Positions 50,122 through 58,597 of a DNA stretch of 64,000 bases are shown piece by piece; position 1 is the first letter of the stretch, and each line of letters begins with the position of its first letter. The DNA is from Candidatus Uhrbacteria bacterium (GTDB taxonomy: Bacteria; Patescibacteriota; Patescibacteriia; UBA9934; GWF2-40-263), in NCBI GenBank assembly GCA_016844925.1, contig JAERTI010000038.1, forward strand, positions 66,936 to 130,935, in the 5' to 3' direction. The position numbers and the translations under genes are program-made. The notes below the pieces were generated by a model that saw only the letters and a list, made by a program, of their open reading frames with translations, was not told where the DNA came from and did not search any database.

Positions 50122-50874
50122 ATGCCCACACCACTGAAAACACTTCTTAAGCGTCTTGGTCTTTCTGAAAAAGAAGCACAGGTCTATTTAGCCTCGCTTC
50201 GTCTTGGAGAAGCGACGGTGACGCAGATTGCCCATGGGATGAAGATGCAGCGCACGACCGTGGCGAGTATTCTTGATCGATTGCGCGAGCGTGGGTTGAT
50301 TACGCAGAAGACGTCTAAGGGCAGGCGTGTCTATTGGATCGAGGATCCGCACGTGCTTGTAGAGCATGAGCAGGCGCGTCTGCATGTGGTTGAGCAGATT
50401 GCTGGGCGACTTCATGCGCAGTATCACCAGGCGGACAAGAAACCAAGTGCGGAGGTGTTTGATACAAAGGAGGGGTTGCGGAAGTTGATAACGCGCGTGG
50501 TGGCTGAGCTGCGTAAGGGGGATGAGGTACTCACGTTTGAGTCACCGGCAGCGAATCACTATCAGGCCGTGCTGACAGATGAAATGTTTCACGCCCTGGC
50601 AAAACAGAAAGATAAAAAAGGTGTACAGACACGTTCGCTTGTTCCATCAGGACAGGAGGAGTCGATTCGTCCTGGGGCGCTTGAGCATAATGTGCAGGTG
50701 CGCGTAATGCCGCCGGGTGTGCTCGTGGAGTCGTCCTTCTGGATGTATCGCAATACCTTGGTGCTGTTCTCTGGGACACACACATTCGCCGTGGTGATTT
50801 CGCATCGTCACATGAAAGAGTCCATGGCGTCGCTGTTTGAGATGGCCTGGGCGCAGTCGCAGCCGATTGGTTGA
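50122..50874 (+). CDS. TrmB-family transcriptional regulator
   Basis: LGLSEKEAQVYLASLRLG...RTTV..IL..L...GL wHTH. Confidence 0.88.
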   Translation: MPTPLKTLLKRLGLSEKEAQVYLASLRLGEATVTQIAHGMKMQRTTVASILDRLRERGLITQKTSKGRRVYWIEDPHVLVEHEQARLHVVEQIAGRLHAQYHQADKKPSAEVFDTKEGLRKLITRVVAELRKGDEVLTFESPAANHYQAVLTDEMFHALAKQKDKKGVQTRSLVPSGQEESIRPGALEHNVQVRVMPPGVLVESSFWMYRNTLVLFSGTHTFAVVISHRHMKESMASLFEMAWAQSQPIG

Positions 50875-50947
50875 CAATTGGCTGTTTTTTCTTTATTCTT
50901 TCGCGTTCGTGAGTCTCAGGCTTACGGCGTTTTCTGGAGGACAGAAC

Positions 50948-52180
50948 ATGAACCAGCAAGACATCGCTCAGGCAGTCAGACAGTTGGTGGGCGGATCCCA
51001 TCGGGTGATCGTCTGCGCCACCGGTTCCAACGGTGGCATCGACAAGTGGCTGACGGTGCCGGGAGCGAGCAGCTTCTACGACGGCTACAACTTCACCTAC
51101 AACCGGAACATGACCACCGAACTGATCGGTCAAGAGGTCGACGGGTCGTTCGTCTCGCCAGAGATGGCGATCCAGTTGGCGGCCGCGGGCTACGAGCGCG
51201 CGTGCAAGTACGCGGTGCTCGACGGTCAGGCTGGCCGGCCCATCATCGCGGTGGGGGTCACATCTTCGCTTCCGAGCGACTACGACAAGCGTAGTCCCAA
51301 CCAGGCGTACATCTGTGCACGCACGGCGAAGGGGTTCTTCCTCGTGCACTTGCAGCTTCCCAAGGAGCCTCGTCAGGATGAGGCTTTGAAGCGGATGTCT
51401 CTCTCTGAGCTTCAGGCCATCCGCGATGAGATGCGTGAAGAGCAGTCGCAGATCGTCGATCTGGTCGCGCTCAACACCATCCTGAAGTTGGCGGACGCTG
51501 AGCAGGTAGCCATGGAGGCAGCTGGGACTCGGTGCGAACAGTTCTACGGATTCCCTGGGTCGATGGCTGTCGAACCCCAGCGCATCGACGCCGACCCCGA
51601 GGACATCTTCGATCAGGTCTTCGGCCTCGATCAGGATCCCGTGATCGATCGGGTGAACTGGTCGGATTACGTCCTGTTCCCCGGCAGCTTCAACCCGCTG
51701 CACTACGGTCACCTGGCCATGGCGGGGTGGATGGAGTACCGGACCCAGCGCAAGGTGGTCTTCCAGATCTCCCAGCACCACCCGGTCAAGGTGGAGCTGG
51801 CTTTCAAGGAGGACTTGCTTCGCCGGCGCATGCGGCAGTTCCGCTACCGACATCCGGTGGTGGTGACCCGTCACGAGGGCCTCTACTTCGACAAGTCCAA
51901 GCGCTTCCCGGGCGCGCACATGCTTCTGGGCGCCGACGCACTGATGCACATGCTCAACCCGGAGTTCTACCCCGAGGGCGTGGTGTCCATCGTCAAGGAG
52001 CTCGAGGGGTGCCGGCAGCGAGGAACGGTCTTCTGGGTCGTGGATCGTCAGGTCGGTGACGACCTGCTCACGCTCGACAACATCGTCCTGCCGCCGGGGC
52101 CGTTCGACGACCTGTTCCAGCACCTGAGTGCGGTCAACACCATCTCCAGCTCGGAGATCCGCGCACAGCAGGGTCGCTAA
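50948..52180 (+). CDS. CinA/PncC-like domain fused to HxGH nucleotidyltransferase (NadD-like; cassette class)
   Basis: ATG..G...WLTVPGAS N-domain; FPGSFNPLHYGH, LGAD, ISSSEIR; SD GGAGG; promoter at 50871-50899. Confidence 0.82.
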   Translation: MNQQDIAQAVRQLVGGSHRVIVCATGSNGGIDKWLTVPGASSFYDGYNFTYNRNMTTELIGQEVDGSFVSPEMAIQLAAAGYERACKYAVLDGQAGRPIIAVGVTSSLPSDYDKRSPNQAYICARTAKGFFLVHLQLPKEPRQDEALKRMSLSELQAIRDEMREEQSQIVDLVALNTILKLADAEQVAMEAAGTRCEQFYGFPGSMAVEPQRIDADPEDIFDQVFGLDQDPVIDRVNWSDYVLFPGSFNPLHYGHLAMAGWMEYRTQRKVVFQISQHHPVKVELAFKEDLLRRRMRQFRYRHPVVVTRHEGLYFDKSKRFPGAHMLLGADALMHMLNPEFYPEGVVSIVKELEGCRQRGTVFWVVDRQVGDDLLTLDNIVLPPGPFDDLFQHLSAVNTISSSEIRAQQGR

Positions 52181-52273
52181 GACCCACGCGAGTCCAAACG
52201 GGGCTCGCTTTTTTGATTGACAGCGGAGGTGTTTCTCGGTAGGTTTTGCTCTGGCTCAGTAAGGAGGAGACCA

Positions 52274-53005
52274 ATGGATTTGCCGATTTTGGTGCCCTGG
52301 ACAGTGAAGCGGGGAGTGACTCGCCCACACGAGAAAGAGGCACCTGAGGCGATGGTCTTCCGTCTCCTTGGTGTGCCTAGCTGCGACGAGGTTGAGATTC
52401 TCGACATCCAAGAGGGGGCCGTGCGGTTCCTTGCTGGTGGACGAGAGAGAGTCACTTCACTGAGCAGCGCCCGCATGTGGGCGCTCACTGGATGGCTTCT
52501 GACTCGGATGCACACACTCAGGGAAGACAGAACCTACGTCGAGCTTCTCGTGGTCCTGGGCCCAGGTGGTGACCTGTTGTGTCAGCGCAAGGACATGGAC
52601 TACCCGGAGGAGTCCTTCCGTGGGAAGTTGTCACTGTTTGGTGGCGGGGTTCACGAGGGGGAGTCGCGTCCGGGGGCCTGTGTTCGGGAATTGTACGAAG
52701 AGATTCGTGATCTGGTTACAGCCGACGAGATCGCCAACGCGCTCGAGGAAGGTCCGCTGCTGACATTTCCGTACCAGGGGGTGCGGTACCAGGCCGGGGG
52801 AACGATTGCTCGAGCACCGGACGCAGATACGTTCGAGCGCTGGCGTCGTGTCCTCTCAGATCCGGCGAACCTTGGTGAGGCGCAGCCCGCCTTTGTTCCA
52901 GGTTTTGATCTGGTGCCCATGATTGCCGAGCAGTGCCTGCAGCCCCTCAAGCACTTCGCTGGCGTTCACCACCTCGTCATCGCTGCTGTTCTTGCTTTGC
53001 CTTGA
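52274..53005 (+). CDS. NUDIX hydrolase (cassette class)
   Basis: Nudix box GGVHEGESRPGACVRELYEEI; SD AAGGAGG; promoter at 52217-52245. Confidence 0.85.
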   Translation: MDLPILVPWTVKRGVTRPHEKEAPEAMVFRLLGVPSCDEVEILDIQEGAVRFLAGGRERVTSLSSARMWALTGWLLTRMHTLREDRTYVELLVVLGPGGDLLCQRKDMDYPEESFRGKLSLFGGGVHEGESRPGACVRELYEEIRDLVTADEIANALEEGPLLTFPYQGVRYQAGGTIARAPDADTFERWRRVLSDPANLGEAQPAFVPGFDLVPMIAEQCLQPLKHFAGVHHLVIAAVLALP

Positions 53006-53104
53006 GTACGAGGCTTCGCACGCGATCCTACGCAAGGGTCGCTTTTTTGATTGACACACAGGGAGGACTCTCGTATTCTCGGTCTGGATTCAACAGGAGG
53101 TCCA

Positions 53105-53584
53105 ATGAGCACACTGGCAGGCCGAACCATTCTGTACCCCGTACCGGTTCCCGGAGGAGGAGAGAAGACCGAGACCTTCGTTCTGGGAGATGGAGAGATG
53201 GCGCTCGTCGAAGCGATGACGAGCGCAGGTCTCTCGCGAGATCACTTCTGGGCCTACATGGCCGAGACCTACCCCAGGCACGTGATGGCGCCGCAGTGGC
53301 GTCGAGACTCGGGGACGCGGGGCGGTGTCGACGTCGCGGAGTTCATCCGTGCGATCCCGAGCGACCCTCGCTGGGTCGAGATGATCCAGATGTTCTACAC
53401 GGGCCGCTACGACGGCGAGCTCACCGAGGACATCACGCCGCCGGTGATGGCGCTCATCATGTGGGTCAAGGGAGAGGACTTCCTCTCCTTCCGCCACTGG
53501 GTGGAGTTCCTCGAGGCGGTGCAGAACCGTCCGAGCTCCGTCGCCAAGAAGCTCGGGATGTCCGAGGAGGGACCCCGGCTCTGA
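53105..53584 (+). CDS. Hypothetical protein, paralog of 53683-54186 (cassette class)
   Basis: SD AGGAGG; promoter at 53051-53079; FWAYMAETYP...WRRDSGT. Confidence 0.8.
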   Translation: MSTLAGRTILYPVPVPGGGEKTETFVLGDGEMALVEAMTSAGLSRDHFWAYMAETYPRHVMAPQWRRDSGTRGGVDVAEFIRAIPSDPRWVEMIQMFYTGRYDGELTEDITPPVMALIMWVKGEDFLSFRHWVEFLEAVQNRPSSVAKKLGMSEEGPRL

Positions 53585-53682
53585 CGAGCACACGGCTCGC
53601 GCTCCGACAACGACGTCGGGGCTTTTTTGTTTGACACCTCTTGGGGGTTTGTTAGGATCCTTCGCGAAAGGAGGGATGTTTC

Positions 53683-54186
53683 ATGAACCCTCTTGAGACC
53701 GGCAAGGTGCTCTATTCGGTGTACGAAGGAGACCGACAGGTGATCAAGGAGCACACGCTCACTGCTGGGGAGAGGCTCATCCTGGAGACGATGGACGAGC
53801 ACGAGTACACTCTGGACATCTTTTGGGGCTACCTGGCCGAGATGTACCCCGAGTGTCCCGAAGCTCCGGCCTGGCGACGTCGGTCTGGAACGACCAACGG
53901 CATCCTGGTGAGTCGGTACCTGCGCGCGATTCCCAACGACCGTCATGGCTACTCGGTCTGGCGTCGTTGGATCCGCGAACGGTTCTTCCGTCGGTTCGAC
54001 GACGTTGTCGAAGCGCCGGGGGACGATGTGCGTGAGGAGGCCATGGCCATGGTGCTGTGGCTGAACCAGATCGTTTTCGTCGAGCACGAGGCCTGGGTGC
54101 CGTTCGTGCAGGCGTCGCGTCGCACGCTTCGCTACAAGCCCTCCAAGGAAGCTCGGCTTCGCGAGCAGGAGGCACTCTCGGCCTAG
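53683..54186 (+). CDS. Hypothetical protein, paralog of 53105-53584 (cassette class)
   Basis: SD AAGGAGG; promoter at 53631-53658; FWGYLAEMYP...WRRRSGT. Confidence 0.8.
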   Translation: MNPLETGKVLYSVYEGDRQVIKEHTLTAGERLILETMDEHEYTLDIFWGYLAEMYPECPEAPAWRRRSGTTNGILVSRYLRAIPNDRHGYSVWRRWIRERFFRRFDDVVEAPGDDVREEAMAMVLWLNQIVFVEHEAWVPFVQASRRTLRYKPSKEARLREQEALSA

Positions 54187-54253
54187 CGCCGATCCGAGGT
54201 ACGCAACCTCGGATTTTTATTTGGCAAAAAGAAAACGACCCAGCGGGTCGAAG

Positions 54254-54643
54254 TTAGGCGTCGGTCATAAGGAGGCTCATGACTTGATCGCGGAGCACTT
54301 GCTCCGGAAGGTGTTCGTGGGCAGACCAGCGTTGCAGATCCTCGGGACTGACGTCGAGGTGGACCTGTAGCTGGTCGGCGAGGTGGGGGTGGTTAACTCT
54401 CACCAGCAGGATGATGTGCGCGTACACGTCATCCGGCCACGAGAGGAAGGTGTCGAGTTGGACAGAAAGTCTGTCTCTTTGACCCTCGTGAGGAAGCGAT
54501 TTTCCCACGGACCATCGTGCCAGGTCGCTCGGAAGGGTCTTGATGTGCGTGGCCAGTACGAGGTGGGCGAACGTCGGGAGACGAGCAAGGAGCGTCTCGA
54601 TGCGGCGCCGAAACGTCTGCTGGGTCGATGATCTGACGAGCAT
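54254..54643 (-). CDS. Protein with two tandem XRE/Cro-like HTH repeats (cassette class)
   Basis: Repeated L..H....P.DL.RWS....LP....RD; SD GAAAGG before ATG 54643; promoter TTGACC-N17-TAGACT at 54688-54716. Confidence 0.65.
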   Translation of the reverse strand: MLVRSSTQQTFRRRIETLLARLPTFAHLVLATHIKTLPSDLARWSVGKSLPHEGQRDRLSVQLDTFLSWPDDVYAHIILLVRVNHPHLADQLQVHLDVSPEDLQRWSAHEHLPEQVLRDQVMSLLMTDA

Positions 54644-54718
54644 GGAGACCTTTCTGTGATCGTAGCTCACGGTGGCAGCGTGGGGTAAGTCTATCGCTGG
54701 CTCCTAAGAGGGTCAAGA

Positions 54719-55597
54719 AAAAACCACCCGTGCGTCGGGTGGGGGTAGATCAGGCCGCGAGGGACTCGAGCTCGCGAGCGATGTTCTCGCGGGCGTGGGC
54801 CTCCAGGGCGTGGCGCAGCTGCGGCGTCTGGTAGATGTGCGGCCTCTCGAGGAACGTGCGCATGAACCTGGCGCGTAGGAGCTCGTAGTCATCTCCACGG
54901 ATCCAGCCGTACTCCTTGCGGATGTCCGTGGTGTACGCGTCGTAGCGCTCGCGGGTCGCGCCAAGGATGGCCAGGTCGATGTCGTTCACCCAGCAGGTGG
55001 CGTTGTCGTCCGAGGCAGCGTGACCCTTGGTGGCCATGATGAGCGCCTCCACGCGGGTGACCACCGGCAGCGAGAGCATCTGCGAGTCCTGGAGCCCGGA
55101 GTCCGTCAGGAAGACGGTTCTGAACTGCAGTGCACTGCTCTGCTCGTTGTCCATGTTCTCGGGGACGTAGACGGCATCGTGCCAGAAGAGCGCAAGCGCG
55201 ACGAGAGCTGGGTTCTCCATGTGAGAGCGGTGCTGCTGCCAGAGAGCGAAGCACTCGTCCAGGTGCTGGCGCGTGTGGTAGTGCCGCTGAGGCATCCCAT
55301 ACTGACGCATCAGCATGTTGAATACGTCGCGCCGGGGCGGAAGGCCCCAGGTCTCCATGATCAGTTTCCAGATTTCGTACAGCCTCATGATTTCTCCTTG
55401 GAGAGAGGGGATTATGCCGTATCTTAGCGGCTTGTCAAGGTAGGTAGATCGTACAGGAGTTCTCTGATAGATGTGCGATCACGCAGCGGTGCTCATGCTG
55501 TGTAAGAAAAACTCCCGCTGTTGTTGAGTCATTCTTTCAAGACATAACGATGAAAGATTTCGTCAAAAGAAAAACCACCCGTGCGTCGGGTGGGGGT
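54719..55597 (-). repeat. 28-bp direct repeat (terminator) flanking the HD-hydrolase unit
   Basis: AAAAACCACCCGTGCGTCGGGTGGGGGT at 54719-54746 and 55570-55597. Confidence 0.9.
54750..55388 (-). CDS. HD-superfamily metal-dependent phosphohydrolase, COG4339-like (cassette class)
   Basis: RHYHT..H, WHDAVY, NEQSSA, DIDLAILG, IRKEY; SD AAGGAG. Confidence 0.88.
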   Translation of the reverse strand: MRLYEIWKLIMETWGLPPRRDVFNMLMRQYGMPQRHYHTRQHLDECFALWQQHRSHMENPALVALALFWHDAVYVPENMDNEQSSALQFRTVFLTDSGLQDSQMLSLPVVTRVEALIMATKGHAASDDNATCWVNDIDLAILGATRERYDAYTTDIRKEYGWIRGDDYELLRARFMRTFLERPHIYQTPQLRHALEAHARENIARELESLAA

Positions 55598-55599
55598 GT

Positions 55600-55989
55600 C
55601 TAGCGGATGCGGATGTCCGCGAGGCGGTCGGCCAGGACCCGAAGCATAGGATCGTGGCCACGCTCATCCAGGACGACATGCGTTGAATGTGGGACGTGCG
55701 TCCACTGGAGTTTGTCGGCTTCTGGGTGCACCAGAATGAACTCGACGACACTGTTGACGAGGTGCAGGGCGTAGACCAGCCGGAGCATCTCTGGCTGGCA
55801 GTAGATCAGGCACAGTCGGACGGTGTCACCGCAGGCTGATACGTCCGAGAGTGCTTCCTCGATGCTGGACCAGCGGCACAGTGGAGTGAGTCCCGCATGC
55901 GAGATCATCTGGTGGGCGCGACGGTCGACGTCTGCTGGGGCTTGGTCCATGCCCACAAGGTAGGCGCTGACGCCTCGAACCTTACTCAC
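55600..55989 (-). CDS. Hypothetical alpha/beta protein, possibly a degenerate receiver fold (cassette class)
   Basis: GTG start overlapping the upstream stop; alternating strand/helix pattern. Confidence 0.55.
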   Translation of the reverse strand: MSKVRGVSAYLVGMDQAPADVDRRAHQMISHAGLTPLCRWSSIEEALSDVSACGDTVRLCLIYCQPEMLRLVYALHLVNSVVEFILVHPEADKLQWTHVPHSTHVVLDERGHDPMLRVLADRLADIRIR

Positions 55990-56405
55990 GAGGATCTCCC
56001 AGGCGCGCGCTCGGCGATCTTGTCGAGTTCGGCGCGGAGCCAGGTGAGGATGCGTTTGTTGGTGACACGTGTCATGTGAGGGTTGATGGCTGCCCCGACA
56101 AGCATCTCAACGGTGATGGACTCACCCTTGAGACGATGACGTTCGGCATCGATTCCGGTGCGCGCGCTCGAGTCGTCGTAGCGCTTGGGGCCCTCGCCGG
56201 TCAAGAGGTAGGTACTCGTCGGTCCGCGTGCCAGATTGGTCTCGGCGAACACGATGTCTTGCTGACTTGCTCGGAGAAGTTCCAGAGCGGTTCTTCCTTC
56301 GTTGGACCCGAGAAACTTCTTGAGCTCTCTGATGGCCCGATGGTCAGGTGGCGTACGCTGGTGGCTCCGGTAGCGCGCAGCGGCCTCCTCCCATTTGGCA
56401 GACAT
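55986..56405 (-). CDS. Hypothetical protein (cassette class)
   Basis: SD AGGAG; promoter TTGACA-N17-CATTCT at 56438-56466. Confidence 0.7.
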   Translation of the reverse strand: MSAKWEEAAARYRSHQRTPPDHRAIRELKKFLGSNEGRTALELLRASQQDIVFAETNLARGPTSTYLLTGEGPKRYDDSSARTGIDAERHRLKGESITVEMLVGAAINPHMTRVTNKRILTWLRAELDKIAERAPGRSS

Positions 56406-56580
56406 ATCCTCTCCTATGATTGGATGTGTGCGCCTGAAGAATGGCCGTTTTTTGTACTTGTGTCAATTGATCTCTTGACACCTTCCGGCTTGTGAGATCT
56501 CTGTAATTTGGTATCCTCTGGATACAAATCAATGATCCCACCCCCTAGTGCAACCGCGTTAGGGGGCGGTTCTGCTTTTT

Positions 56581-58596
56581 ATGAAATTTGAACTCAAATC
56601 AAACTACAAACCTGCGGGCGACCAACCAAAGGCGATCAAGCAATTGGTGGCTGGTCTTGAGGATGGCCAGCCGCACCAAACACTCTTGGGTGTCACCGGA
56701 TCGGGAAAGACGTTCACGATGGCGAACGTGATTGCGCAGACGCAGCGTCCGACGTTGGTGATCGCGCACAACAAGACGCTCGCGGCACAGCTGTGCAATG
56801 AGTTCAGGGAGTTTTTTCCAGATAATGTCGTGGAGTACTTTGTGAGTTACTACGATTACTACCAGCCTGAGGCCTACATGGCTCGCTCTGATACGTACAT
56901 CGAGAAAGAGGCAATGATTAACGATGAGATTGATCGATTGCGACATGCGGCCACGCAGGCATTGCTATCTCGTCGAGATGTGATCATTGTGGCGAGTGTT
57001 TCATGCATCTATTCATTGGGGAGCCCTGATGAGTATAAGAAGACCGTGTTACATCTCACGGTGGGAGATGAGGAGATGACGCGTACAGAGATTTTAAAGA
57101 GGCTCGTCTCCATGCAGTTTGATCGGACAACGGCGGATTTGGTGCGCGGATCGTTTCGGGCGCGTGGAGATGTGTTGGAGATTATGCCGATGAATGAGGA
57201 GGTGTTGTATCGGTTGCTTCTGGAAGATGAGAAGGTCATGACCATCCAGCAGCTCGATCCTGTCTCACGAAAGATTCAAGATACGTTGCAGGACATCTGG
57301 TTGTTTCCAGCCAAGCACTATGTTGTTTCCACGACGTCGCAGCAACGGGCGCTTAAGGCGATCCGCGCGGAGCTGAAGCAGCGACTGAAGGAGTTTGATA
57401 AAGATGGAAAGGTGCTTGAGGCCGAGCGATTGTCTCGGCGTACGCGTTATGACTTGGAGATGATTCAGAATATCGGGTACTGCAACGGCATCGAGAATTA
57501 CAGTTCACATTTTGAGGGGCGTGAGCCTGGGGAGCCGCCGTTCACGTTGATCGACTATTTTCCAGATGACTTCCTGACGATTATCGACGAGTCTCACGTG
57601 ACCGTTCCGCAGGTCGGAGCGATGTACAACGGAGACAAGGCGCGTAAGGAGAGTCTTGTCGAGCATGGGTTCCGGCTGCCGTCTGCTAAAGACAACCGTC
57701 CGCTGAAGTTTGTGGAGTTTGAAGATCGAATGAATCAGGTGATTTACACAAGCGCCACGCCGGGAGTGTATGAGAAGAAGGTATCGGGCAAGCCGGTGGA
57801 GCAGATTATTCGTCCAACAGGACTTGTCGACCCGGTGATCACAATTCGACCCGTGAGTGCGGATGAGAAGTATGACGGGCAGGTAGAGGATTTGATCCAG
57901 GAGGTTGAGAAGCGTGTTCAGATGAAAGAGCGAACACTGGTGACGACGCTGACCAAGAAGATGGCTGAGGACCTGACAGAGTTCCTCGTCGAGAGGGGGA
58001 TTAAAGTGCAGTATCTCCACTCGGATGTGAAAACGTTTGATCGTGTGCAGGTGCTCTCAGATTTGCGAAAGGGATTGTATGACGTCGTGGTGGGAGTGAA
58101 CTTGCTGCGTGAGGGGCTCGATCTGCCAGAGGTGACATTGGTAGCGATCCTTGATGCGGACAAAGAGGGATTCCTGCGCTCGGAAACGTCCATTGTTCAG
58201 ACAATCGGTCGTGCAGCTCGGAACGTGAAGGGGGAAGTGATTCTGTATGCCGACAAGATGACAGGCTCTCTGGAGAAGGCAATTAAGGAGACGGAGCGTC
58301 GTCGAAAAATTCAAATTGCCTACAACAAGAAGCACGGCATTACCCCTAAGACGGTTGCGAAGGAGATTAAGGACATGCGGGAGATGCTGGGGGTTGAAGG
58401 GGAGACGGATGTCAAAGAGATCCTCAAGTTGGAGCTGATAGCGGAGCCACATGAGCTCAAGGTCGTGATTAAAGAAAAGGAATACGACATGAAGGAGGCG
58501 GCGAAGAAGTTGGACTTTGAGACGGCGGCGCTGCTGAGAGATGAGATTGATCTTCTGAAAAAAGAACTCGAACAAAAAAAGAAGAAGCGTAAGTAG
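56581..58596 (+). CDS. uvrB: Excinuclease ABC subunit B
   Basis: [35 protein letters not shown]. Confidence 0.98.
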   Translation: MKFELKSNYKPAGDQPKAIKQLVAGLEDGQPHQTLLGVTGSGKTFTMANVIAQTQRPTLVIAHNKTLAAQLCNEFREFFPDNVVEYFVSYYDYYQPEAYMARSDTYIEKEAMINDEIDRLRHAATQALLSRRDVIIVASVSCIYSLGSPDEYKKTVLHLTVGDEEMTRTEILKRLVSMQFDRTTADLVRGSFRARGDVLEIMPMNEEVLYRLLLEDEKVMTIQQLDPVSRKIQDTLQDIWLFPAKHYVVSTTSQQRALKAIRAELKQRLKEFDKDGKVLEAERLSRRTRYDLEMIQNIGYCNGIENYSSHFEGREPGEPPFTLIDYFPDDFLTIIDESHVTVPQVGAMYNGDKARKESLVEHGFRLPSAKDNRPLKFVEFEDRMNQVIYTSATPGVYEKKVSGKPVEQIIRPTGLVDPVITIRPVSADEKYDGQVEDLIQEVEKRVQMKERTLVTTLTKKMAEDLTEFLVERGIKVQYLHSDVKTFDRVQVLSDLRKGLYDVVVGVNLLREGLDLPEVTLVAILDADKEGFLRSETSIVQTIGRAARNVKGEVILYADKMTGSLEKAIKETERRRKIQIAYNKKHGITPKTVAKEIKDMREMLGVEGETDVKEILKLELIAEPHELKVVIKEKEYDMKEAAKKLDFETAALLRDEIDLLKKELEQKKKKRK

Positions 58597-58597
58597 T

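Noticed and set aside
55441-55560. Short minus-strand ORF MTQQQREFFLHSMSTAA
   Set aside because: Only 17 codons, no clear SD and no cassette-like codon bias.
349-56405. Cassettes as contamination or misassembly
   Set aside because: Considered unlikely because there are many small alternations, with overlaps of stop codons and hairpins across class boundaries; not formally excluded without reads.
43350-56466. Prophage or classical integron
   Set aside because: No structural, terminase, integrase or intI genes; units have their own promoters, occur in both orientations and show no attC-type R-box pattern.
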